From Auanema rhodensis (lineage: Eukaryota; Animalia; Nematoda), in contig OZ059894.1 of assembly GCA_964057225.1 (NCBI GenBank), forward strand, positions 5,208,001 to 5,272,000: 64,000 bases of DNA, given 5' to 3'. A program made the translations under genes and the position numbers. Under the pieces are notes generated by a model. The model worked only from the letters and a program-made list of their open reading frames with translations. It searched no databases and was not told the DNA's origin. Numbering within the stretch: the stretch's first letter is position 1; each line of letters starts with the position of its first letter. Positions 1-11,396 of this stretch are shown one piece after another.

Positions 1-176
1 ATTAAGTGTACACGTGATGTGCACTTGGTATGTAACTCGCTTCACGTGAAAGATGAAGAGATGCGGTTTTCAAAATTAGATTCCTCATGTCCATATTAGT
101 CTAAAAACGAATTTTTATTGATATTGATGCATGGTAACCATGACTTTGAAATTTACGTGAACTTTAATTTATGCTA
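1..176 (+). repeat. Representative 176-bp monomer with internal dyads
   Basis: Inverted repeat AAGTGTACA(4-12)/TGTGCACTT(18-26), palindrome TTCACGTGAA (41-50), interrupted palindrome CATGGT-A-ACCATG (130-142), and an imperfect dyad centred on ACGT (146-167). Confidence 0.95.
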
Positions 177-3100
177 ATTAAGTGTACATGTGATGTGCAC
201 TTGGTATGTAACTCGCTTCACGTGAAAGATGAAGAGATGCGGTTTTCAAAATTAGATTCTTCATGTCCATATTAGTCTAAAAACGAATTTTTATTGATAT
301 TGGTGGATGGTAACCATGACTTTCAAATTTACGTGAACTTCAATTTATGCTAATTAAGTGTACACGTGATGTGCACTTGGTATGTAACTCGCTTCACGTG
401 AAAGATGAAGAGATGCGGTTTTCAAAATTAGATTCTTCATGTCCATATTAGTCTAAAAACGAATTTTTATTGATATTGATGCATGGTAACCATGACTTTC
501 AAATTTACGTGAACTTCAATTTATGCTAATTAAGTGTACACGTGATGTGCACTTGCTATGTAACACGCTTCAAGTGAAAGATAAAGAGATGCGGTTTTCA
601 AAATTAGATTTCGCATGTCCATATTAGTCTAAAAACAAATTTTTATTGATATTGGTGCATGGTAACCATGACTTTAAAATTTACGTGAACTTTAATTTAT
701 GCTAATTAAGTGAACACATGATGTGCACTTGGTATGTAACTGGCTTCACGTCGAAGATAAAGAGATGCGGTTTTCAAAATTAGATTCCCCATGTCCATAT
801 TAGTCTAAAAACAAATTTTTATTGATATTGGTGCATGGTAACCATGACTTTCAAATTTACGTGTACTTCAATTTATGCTAATTAAGTGTACACGTGATGT
901 GCACTTGGTATGTAACTCGCTTCAAGTCAAAGATAAAGAGATGCGGTTTTCAAAATTAGATTTCGCATGTCCATATTAGTCTAAAAACAAATTTTTATTG
1001 ATATTGATGCATGGTAACCATGACTTTCAAATTTACGTGTACTTCAATTTATGCTAATTAAGTGTACACGTGATGTGCACTTGGTATGTAACTCGCTTCA
1101 CGTCAAAGATAAAGAGATGCGGTTTTCAAAATTAGATTCCCGATGTCCATATTAGTCTAAAAACAAATTTTTGTTGATATTGGTGGATGGTAACCATGAC
1201 TTTCAAATTTACGTGAACTTCAATTTATGCTAATTAAGTGTACACGTGATGTGCACTTGGTATGTAACTCGCTTCACGTCAAAGATAAAGAGATGCGGTT
1301 TTCAAAATTAGATTTCCCATGTTCATATTAGTCTAAAAACAAATTTTTATTAATATTGGTGCATGGTAACCATGACTTTAAAATTTACGTGAACTTTAAT
1401 TTATGCTAGTTAAGTGTACACGTGATGTGCACTTGCTATGTAACTCGCTTCAAGTGAAAGATAAAGAGATGCGGTTTTCAAAATTAGATTTCGCATGTCC
1501 ATATTAGTCTAAAAACAAATTTTTATTGATATTGGTGCATGGTAACCATGACTTTAAAATTTACGTGAACTTTAATTTATGCTAATTAAGTGAACACATG
1601 ATGTGCACTTGGTATGTAACTGGCTTCACGTCGAAGATAAAGAGATGCGGTTTTCAAAATTAGATTCCCCATGTCCATATTAGTCTAAAAACAAATTTTT
1701 ATTGATATTGGTGCATGGTAACCATGACTTTGAAATTTACGTGAACTTTAATTTATGCTAATTAAGTGTACACGTGATGTGCACTTGGTATGTAACTCGC
1801 TTCACGTGAAAGATGAAGAGATGCGGTTTTCAAAATTAGATTCTTCATGTCCATATTAGTCTAAAAACGAATTTTTATTGATATTGATGCATGGTAACCA
1901 TGACTTTGAAATTTACGTGAACTTTAATTTATGCTTATTAAGTGTACACGTGATGTGCACTTGGTATGTAACTCGCTTCACGTGAAAGATAAAGGGATGC
2001 GGTTTTCAAAATTAGATTCCTCATGTCCATATTAGTCTAAAAACAAATTTTTGTTGATATTGGTGGATGGTAACCATGACTTTCAAATTTACGTGAACTT
2101 TAATTTATGCTAATTAAGTGTACACGTGATGTGCACTTGGGATGTAACTCGCTTCACGTCTAAGATAAAGAGATGCGGTTTTCAAAATTAGATTCCCGAT
2201 GTCCATATTAGTCTAAAAACAAATTTTTGTTGATATTGGTGGATGGTAACCATGACTTTCAAATTTACGTGAACTTCAATTTATGCTAATTAAGTGTACA
2301 CGTGATGTGCACTTGGTACGTAATTCGCTTCAAGTCAAAGATAAAGAGATGCGGTTTTCAAAATTAGATTTCCCATGTTCATATTAGTCTAAAAACAAAT
2401 TTTTATTAATATTGGTGCATGGTAACCATGACTTTAAAATTTACGTGAACTTTAATTTATGCTAATTAAGTGTACACGTGATGTGCACTTGGTATGTAAC
2501 TCGCTTCAAGTGAAAGATAAAGAGATGCGGTTTTCAAAATTAGATTTCGCATGTCCATATTAGTCTAAAAACAAATTTTTATTGATATTGGTGCATGGTA
2601 ACCATGACTTTAAAATTTACGTGAACTTTAATTTATGCTGATTAAGTGAACACATGATTTGCACTTGGTATGTAACTCGCTTCACGTGAAAGATAAAGAG
2701 ATGCGGTTTTCAAAATTAGATTCCTCATGTCCATATTAGTCTAAAAACAAATTTTTGTTGATATTGGTGGATGGTAACCATGACTTTCAAATTTACGTGT
2801 ACTTCAATTTATGCTAATTAAGTGTACACGTGATGTGCACTTGGTATGTAACTCGCTTCAAGTCAAAAATAAAGAGATGCGGTTTTCAAAATTAGATTTT
2901 GCATGTCCATATTAGTCTAAAAACAAATTTTTATTGATATTGATGCATGGTAACCATGACTTTCAAATTTACGTGTACTTCAATTTATGCTAATTAAGTG
3001 TACACGTGATGTGCACTTGGTATGTAACTCGCTTCACGTCAAAGATAAAGAGATGCGGTTTTCAAAATTAGATTCCCGATGTCCATATTAGTCTAAAAAC

Positions 3101-5094
3101 AAAGTTTTGTTGATATTGGTGGATGGTAACCATGACTTTCAAATTTACGTGAACTTCAATTTATGCTAATTAAGTGTACACGTGATGTGCACTTGGTACG
3201 TAATTCGCTTCAAGTCAAAGATAAAGAGATGCGGTTTTCAAAATTAGATTTCGCATGTCCATATTAGTCTAAAAACAAATTTTTATTGATATTGGTGCAT
3301 GGTAACCATGACTTTAAAATTTACGTGAACTTTAATTTATGCTGATTAAGTGAACACATGATGTGCACTTGGTATGTAACTCGCTTCACGTGAAAGATAA
3401 AGAGATGCGGTTTTCAAAATTAGATTCCTCATGTCCATATTAGTCTAAAAACGAATTTTTATTGATATTGATGCATGGTAACCATGACTTTGAAATTTAC
3501 GTGAACTTTAATTTATGCTTATTAAGTGTACACGTGATGTGCACTTGGTATGTAACTCGCTTCACGTGAAAGATAAAGGGATGCGGTTTCCAAAATTAGA
3601 TTCCTCATGTCCATATTAGTCTAAAAACAAATTTTTGTTGATATTGGTGGATGGTAACCATGACTTTCAAATTTACGTGTACTTCAATTTATGCTAATTA
3701 AGTGTACACGTGATGTGCACTTGGTATGTAACTCGCTTCACGTCAAAGATAAAGAGATGCGGTTTTCAAAATTAGATTCCCGATGTCCATATTAGTCTAA
3801 AAACAAATTTTTATTGATATTGGTGCATGGTAACCATGACTTTGAAATTTACGTGAACTTTAATTTATGCTAATTAAGTGTACACGTGATGTGCACTTGG
3901 TATGTAACTCGCTTCACGTGAAAGATGAAGAGATGCGGTTTTCAAAATTAGATTCCCCATGTCCATATTAGTCTTAAAACAAATTTTTGTTGATATTGGT
4001 GAATGGTAACCATGACTTTCAAATTTACGTGAACTTCAATTTATGCTAATTAAGTGTACACGTGATGTGCACTTGGTATGTAACTCGCTTCACGTCAAAG
4101 ATCAAGAGATGCGGTTTTCAAAATTAGATTCCCGATGTCCATATTAGTCTAAAAACAAATTTTTGTTGATATTGGTGGATGGTAACCATGACTTTCAAAT
4201 TTACGTGAACTTCAATTTATGCTAATTAAGTGTACACGTGATGTGCACTTGGTACGTAATTCGCTTCAAGTCAAAGATAAAGAGATGCGGTTTTCAAAAT
4301 TAGATTTCGCATGTCCATATTAGTCTTAAAACAAATTTTTATTGATATTGGTGCATGGTAACCATGACTTTAAAATTTACGTGAACTTTAATTTATGCTA
4401 ATTAAGTGAACACATGATGGGCACTTGGTATGTAACTCGCTTCACGTGAAAGATAAAGAGATGTGGTTTTCAAAATTAGATTCCTCATGTCCATATTAGT
4501 CTAAAAACGAATTTTTATTGATATTGATGCGTGGTAACCATGACTTTGAAATTTACGTGAACTTTAATTTATGCTTATTAAGTGTACACGTGATGTGCAC
4601 TTGGTATGTAACTCGCTTCACGTGAAAGATAAAGGGATGCGGTTTCCAAAATTAGATTCCCGATGTCCATATTAGTCTAAAAACAAATTTTTATTGATAT
4701 TGGTGCATGGTAACCATGACTTTGAAATTTACGTAAACTTTAATTTATGCTAATTAAGTGTACACGTGATGTGCACTTGGTACGTAATTCGCTTCAAGTC
4801 AAAGATAAAGAGATGCGGTTTTCAAAATTAGATTCCCCATGTCCATATCAGTCTAAAAACACATTTTTGTTGATATTGGTGGATGGTAACCATGACTTTC
4901 AAATTTACGTGAACTTCAATTTATGCTAATTAAGTGTAAACGTGATGTGCACTTGGTATGTAACTCGCTTCAAGTCAAAGATAAAGAGATGCGGTTTTCA
5001 AAATTAGATTCCCCATGTCCATATTAGTATAAAACCAAATTTTTATTAATATTGGTGCATGGTAACCATGACTTTGAAATTTACGTGAACTTTA

Positions 5095-8000
5095 ATTTAT
5101 GCTAATTAAGTGTACACATAATGTGCACTTGGTATGTAACTCGCTTCAAGTGAAAGATAAAGAGATGCGGTTTTCAAAATTAGATTTCGCATGTCCATAT
5201 TAGTCTAAAAACAAATTTTTATTGATATTGGTGCATGGTAACCATGACTTTAAAATTTACGTGAACTTTAATTTATGCTAATTAAGTGTACACATAATGT
5301 GCACTTGGTATGTAACTCGCTTCAAGTGAAAGATAAAGAGATGCGGTTTCCAAAATTAGATTCCTCATGTCCATATTAGTCTAAAAACGAATTTTTATTG
5401 ATATTGATGCATGGTAACCATGACTTTGAAATTTACGTGAACTTTAATTTATGCTTATTAAGTGTACACGTGATGTGCACTTGGTATGTAACTCGCTTCA
5501 CGTGAAAGATAAAGGGATGCGGTTTCCAAAATTAGATTCCCGATGTCCATATTAGTCTAAAAACAAATTTTTATTGATATTGGTGCATGGTAACCATGAC
5601 TTTGAAATTTACGTAAACTTTAATTTATGCTAATTAAGTGTACACGTGATGTGCACTTGGTACGTAATTCGCTTCAAGTCAAAGATAAAGAGATGCGGTT
5701 TTCAAAATTAGATTCCCGATGTCCATATTAGTCTAAAAACAAATTTTTATTGATATTGGTGCATGGTAACCATGACTTTGAATTTTACGTGAACTTTAAT
5801 TTATGCTAATTAAGTGTACACGTGATGTGCACTTGGTATGTAACTCGCTTCACGTGAAAGATGAAGAGATGCGGTTTTCAAAATTAGATTCCCCATGTCC
5901 ATATTAGTCTAAAAACAAATTTTTGTTGATATTGGTGAATGGTAACCATGACTTTCAAATTTTCGTGAACTTCAATTTATGCTAATTAAGTGTACACGTG
6001 ATGTGCACTTGGTATGTAACTCGCTTCACGTCAAAGATAAAGAGATGCGGTTTTCAAAATTAGATTCCCGATGTCCATATTAGTCTAAAAACAAATTTTT
6101 GTTGATATTGGTGGATGGTAACCATGACTTTCAAATTTACGTGAACTTCAATTTATGCTAATTAAGTGTACACGTGATGTGCACTTGGTACGTAATTCGC
6201 TTCAAGTCAAAGATAAAGAGATGCGGTTTTCAAAATTAGATTTCCCATGTCCATATTAGTCTAAAAACAAATTTTTATTGATATTGGTGCATGGTAACCA
6301 TGACTTTGAAATTTACGTGAACTTTAATTTATGCTAATTAAGTGTACACGTGATGTGCACTTGGTATGTAACTCGCTTCAAGTGAAAGATAAAGAGATGC
6401 GGTTTTCAAAATTAGATTTCGCATGTCCATATTAGTCTTAAAACAAATTTTTATTGATATTGGTGCATGGTAACCATGACTTTAAAATTTACGTGAACTT
6501 TAATTTATGCTAATTAAGTGAACACATGATGGGCACTTGGTATGTAACTCGCTTCACGTGAAAGATAAAGAGATGCGGTTTTCAAAATTAGATTCCTCAT
6601 GTCCATATTAGTCTAAAAACGAATTTTTATTGATATTGATGCATGGTAACCATGACTTTGAAATTTACGTGAACTTTAATTTATGCTTATTAAGTGTACA
6701 CGTGATGTGCACTTGGTATGTAACTCGCTTCACGTGAAAGATAAAGAGATGCGGTTTTCAAAATTAGATTCCCCATGTCCATATTAGTCTAAAAACAAAT
6801 TTTTGTTGATATTGGTGGATGGTAACCATGACTTTCAAATTTACGTGAACTTCAATTTATGCTAATTAAGTGTACACATAATGTGCACTTGGTATGTAAC
6901 TCGCTTCAAGTGAAAGATAAAGAGATGCGGTTTTCAAAATTAGATTTCGCATGTCCATATTAGTCTAAAAACAAATTTTTATTGATATTGGTGCATGGTA
7001 ACCATGACTTTAAAATTTACGTGAACTTTAATTTATGCTAATTAAGTGTACACATAATGTGCACTTGGTATGTAACTCGCTTCAAGTGAAAGATAAAGAG
7101 ATGCGGTTTCCAAAATTAGATTCCTCATGTCCATATTAGTCTAAAAACGAATTTTTATTGATATTGATGCATGGTAACCATGACTTTGAAATTTACGTGA
7201 ACTTTAATTTATGCTTATTAAGTGTACACGTGATGTGCACTTGGTATGTAACTCGCTTCACGTGAAAGATAAAGGGATGCGGTTTCCAAAATTAGATTCC
7301 CGATGTCCATATTAGTCTAAAAACAAATTTTTATTGATATTGGTGCATGGTAACCATGACTTTGAAATTTACGTAAACTTTAATTTATGCTAATTAAGTG
7401 TACACGTGATGTGCACTTGGTACGTAATTCGCTTCAAGTCAAAGATAAAGAGATGCGGTTTTCAAAATTAGATTCCCGATGTCCATATTAGTCTAAAAAC
7501 AAATTTTTATTGATATTGGTGCATGGTAACCATGACTTTGAAATTTACGTGAACTTTAATTTATGCTAATTAAGTGTACACGTGATGTGCACTTGGTATG
7601 TAACTCGCTTCACGTGAAAGATGAAGAGATGCGGTTTTCAAAATTAGATTCCCCATGTCCATATTAGTCTAAAAACAAATTTTTGTTGATATTGGTGAAT
7701 GGTAACCATGACTTTCAAATTTTCGTGAACTTCAATTTATGCTAATTAAGTGTACACGTGATGTGCACTTGGTATGTAACTCGCTTCACGTCAAAGATAA
7801 AGAGATGCGGTTTTCAAAATTAGATTCCCGATGTCCATATTAGTCTAAAAACAAATTTTTGTTGATATTGGTGGATGGTAACCATGACTTTCAAATTTAC
7901 GTGAACTTCAATTTATGCTAATTAAGTGTACACGTGATGTGCACTTGGTACGTAATTCGCTTCAAGTCAAAGATAAAGAGATGCGGTTTTCAAAATTAGA

Positions 8001-8178
8001 TTTCCCATGTCCATATTAGTCTAAAAACAAATTTTTATTGATATTGGTGCATGGTAACCATGACTTTGAAATTTACGTGAACTTTAATTTATGCTAATTA
8101 AGTGTACACGTGATGTGCACTTGGTATGTAACTCGCTTCAAGTGAAAGATAAAGAGATGCGGTTTTCAAAATTAGATT
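5095..8178 (+). repeat. Segmental duplication with 10-monomer (1760 bp) offset: ~5095-6418 vs ~6855-8178
   Basis: Rare markers ACGTAAAC (5615/7375) and TTTTCGTG (5963/7723) are both exactly 1760 bp apart, and the monomer order matches. Confidence 0.85.
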
Positions 8179-10032
8179 CCCCATGTCCATATTAGTCTAA
8201 AAACAAATTTTTGTTGATATTGGTGAATGGTAACCATGACTTTGAAATTTACGTGAACTTTAATTTATGCTAATTAAGTGTACACATAATGTGCACTTGG
8301 TATGTAACTCGCTTCAAGTGAAAGATAAAGAGATGCGGTTTTCAAAATTAGATTTCGCATGTCCATATTAGTCTAAAAACAAATTTTTATTGATATTGGT
8401 GCATGGTAACCATGACTTTAAAATTTACGTGAACTTTAATTTATGCTAATTAAGTGAACACATGATGTGCACTTGGTATGTAACTCGCTTCACGTGAAAG
8501 ATAAAGAGATGCGGTTTTCAAAATTAGATTCCCCATGTCCATATTAGTCTAAAAACAAATTTTTATTAATATTGGTGCATGGTAACCATGACTTTGAAAT
8601 TTACGTGAACTTTAATTTATGCTAATTAAGTGTACACATAATGTGCACTTGGTATGTAACTCGCTTCAAGTGAAAGATAAAGAGATGCGGTTTTCAAAAT
8701 TAGATTTCGCATGTCCATATTAGTCTAAAAACAAATTTTTATTGATATTGGTGCATGGTAACCATGACTTTAAAATTTACGTGAACTTTAATTTATGCTA
8801 ATTAAGTGAACACATGATGTGCACTTGGTATGTAACTCGCTTCAAGTGAAAGATAAAGAGATGCGGTTTTCAAAATTAGATTTCGCATGTCCATATTAGT
8901 CTAAAAACAAATTTTTATTGATATTGGTGCATGGTAACCATGACTTTAAAATTTACGTGAACTTTAATTTATGCTAATTAAGTGAACACATGATGTGCAC
9001 TTGGTATGTAACTCGCTTCACGTGAAAGATAAAGAGATGCGGTTTTCAAAATTAGATTCCTCATGTCCATATTAGTCTAAAAACGAATTTTTATTGATAT
9101 TGATGCATGGTAACCATGACTTTGAAATTTACGTGAACTTTAATTTATGCTTATTAAGTGTACACGTGATGTGCACTTGGTATGTAACTCGCTTCACGTG
9201 AAAGATAAAGAGATGCGGTTTTCAAAATTAGATTTCGCATGTCCATATTAGTCTAAAAACAAATTTTTATTGATATTGATGCATGGTAACCATGACTTTC
9301 AAATTTACGTGTACTTCAATTTATGCTAATTAAGTGTACACGTGATGTGCACTTGGTATGTAACTCGCTTCACGTCAAAGATAAAGAGATGCGGTTTTCA
9401 AAATTAGATTCCCGATGTCCATATTAGTCTAAAAACAAATTTTTGTTGATATTGGTGGATGGTAACCATGACTTTCAAATTTACGTGAACTTCAATTTAT
9501 GCTAATTAAGTGTACACGTGATGTGCACTTGGTACGTAATTCGCTTCAAGTCAAAGATAAAGAGATGCGGTTTCCAAAATTAGATTTCCCATGTCCATAT
9601 TAGTCTAAAAACAAATTTTTATTGATATTGGTGCATGGTAACCATGACTTTAAAATTTACGTGAACTTTAATTTATGCTGATTAAGTGAACACATGATGT
9701 GCACTTGGTATGTAACTCGCTTCACGTGAAAGATAAAGGGATGCGGTTTCCAAAAATAGATTCCCGATGTCCATATTAGTCTAAAAACAAATTTTTATTG
9801 ATATTGGTGGATGGTAACCATGACTTTCAAATTTACGTGTACTTCAATTTATGCTAATTAAGTGTACACGTGATGTGCACTTGGTATGTAACTCGCTTCA
9901 CGTCAAAGATAAAAAGATGCGGTTTTCAAAATTAGATTCCCCATGTCCATATTAGTCTAAAAACAAATTTTTGTTGATATTGGTGCATGGTAACCATGAC
10001 TTTGAAATTTACGTGAACTTTAATTTATGCTA

Positions 10033-10186
10033 ATTAAGTGTACACATAATGTGCACTTGGTATGTAACTCGCTTCAAGTGAAAGATAAAGAGATGCGGTT
10101 TTCAAAATTAGATTCCTCATGTCCATATTGATATTGATGCATGGTAACCATGACTTTCAAATTTACGTGTACTTCAATTTATGCTA
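10033..10186 (+). repeat. 154-bp deletion monomer (22-bp deletion, monomer positions 98-119)
   Basis: Reads GTCCATATT|GATATTG at junction 10129/10130 instead of GTCCATATT-AGTCTAAAAACRAATTTTTATT-GATATTG. Confidence 0.97.
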
Positions 10187-11242
10187 ATTAAGTGTACACG
10201 TGATGTGCACTTGGTATGTAACTCGCTTCACGTCAAAGATAAAGAGATGCGGTTTTCAAAATTAGATTCCCCATGTCCATATTAGTCTAAAAACAAATTT
10301 TTGTTGATATTGGTGGATGGTAACCATGACTTTCAAATTTACGTGAACTTCAATTTATGCTAATTAAGTGTACACGTGATGTGCACTTGGTACGTAATTC
10401 GCTTCAAGTCAAAGATAAAGAGATGCGGTTTCCAAAATTAGATTTCCCATGTCCATATTAGTCTAAAAACAAATTTTTATTAATATTGGTGCATGGTAAC
10501 CATGACTTTAAAATTTACGTGAACTTTAATTTATGCTAATTAAGTGTACACGTGATGTGCACTTGGTATGTAACTCGCTTCAAGTGAAAGATAAAGAGAT
10601 GCGGTTTTCAAAATTAGATTTCGCATGTCCATATTAGTCTAAAAACAAATTTTTATTGATATTGGTGCATGGTAACCATGACTTTAAAATTTACGTGAAC
10701 TTTAATTTATGCTGATTAAGTGAACACATGATGTGCACTTGGTATGTAACTCGCTTCACGTGAAAGATAAAGGGATGCGGTTTCCAAAAATAGATTCCCG
10801 ATGTCCATATTAGTCTAAAAACAAATTTTTATTGATATTGGTGGATGGTAACCATGACTTTCAAATTTACGTGTACTTCAATTTATGCTAATTAAGTGTA
10901 CACGTGATGTGCACTTGGTATGTAACTCGCTTCAAGTCAAAGATAAAGAGATGCGGTTTTCAAAATTAGATTTCGCATGTCCATATTAGTCTAAAAACAA
11001 ATTTTTATTGATATTGATGCATGGTAACCATGACTTTCAAATTTACGTGTACTTCAATTTATGCTAATTAAGTGTACACGTGATGTGCACTTGGTATGTA
11101 ACTCGCTTCACGTCAAAGATAAAGAGATGCGGTTTTCAAAATTAGATTCCCCATGTCCATATTAGTCTAAAAACAAATTTTTGTTGATATTGGTGCATGG
11201 TAACCATGACTTTGAAATTTACGTGAACTTTAATTTATGCTA

Positions 11243-11396
11243 ATTAAGTGTACACATAATGTGCACTTGGTATGTAACTCGCTTCAAGTGAAAGATAAAG
11301 AGATGCGGTTTTCAAAATTAGATTCCTCATGTCCATATTGATATTGATGCATGGTAACCATGACTTTCAAATTTACGTGTACTTCAATTTATGCTA
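11243..11396 (+). repeat. 154-bp deletion monomer, second copy
   Basis: Identical junction at 11339/11340; offset from the first copy is 1210 = 7x176-22. Confidence 0.97.

Noticed and set aside
31-100. CENP-B box
   Set aside because: TTCG occurs in some alleles (AATTCGCTTCAAG, TTTCGCATG), but the CGGG required by NTTCGNNNNANNCGGGN is absent at the correct spacing.
67-170. Strictly phased A-tract curvature
   Set aside because: A/T tracts exist (67-75, 103-107, 109-116, 145-154, 163-170), but I cannot show a consistent ~10.5-bp phasing by eye. It needs a curvature calculation.
1-176. Assignment to known 171-178-bp satellites (alpha satellite, CEN178, CentBr, honeybee AluI)
   Set aside because: Only the length is similar. 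I recognise no sequence similarity, and the consensus lacks the HindIII/AluI (AGCT) site that defines several of them.
4747-4929. 60-aa ORF as a protein-coding gene
   Set aside because: It is one satellite monomer with a chance stop-loss (T>C at 4849). It has no recognisable domain and no unique flanking context.
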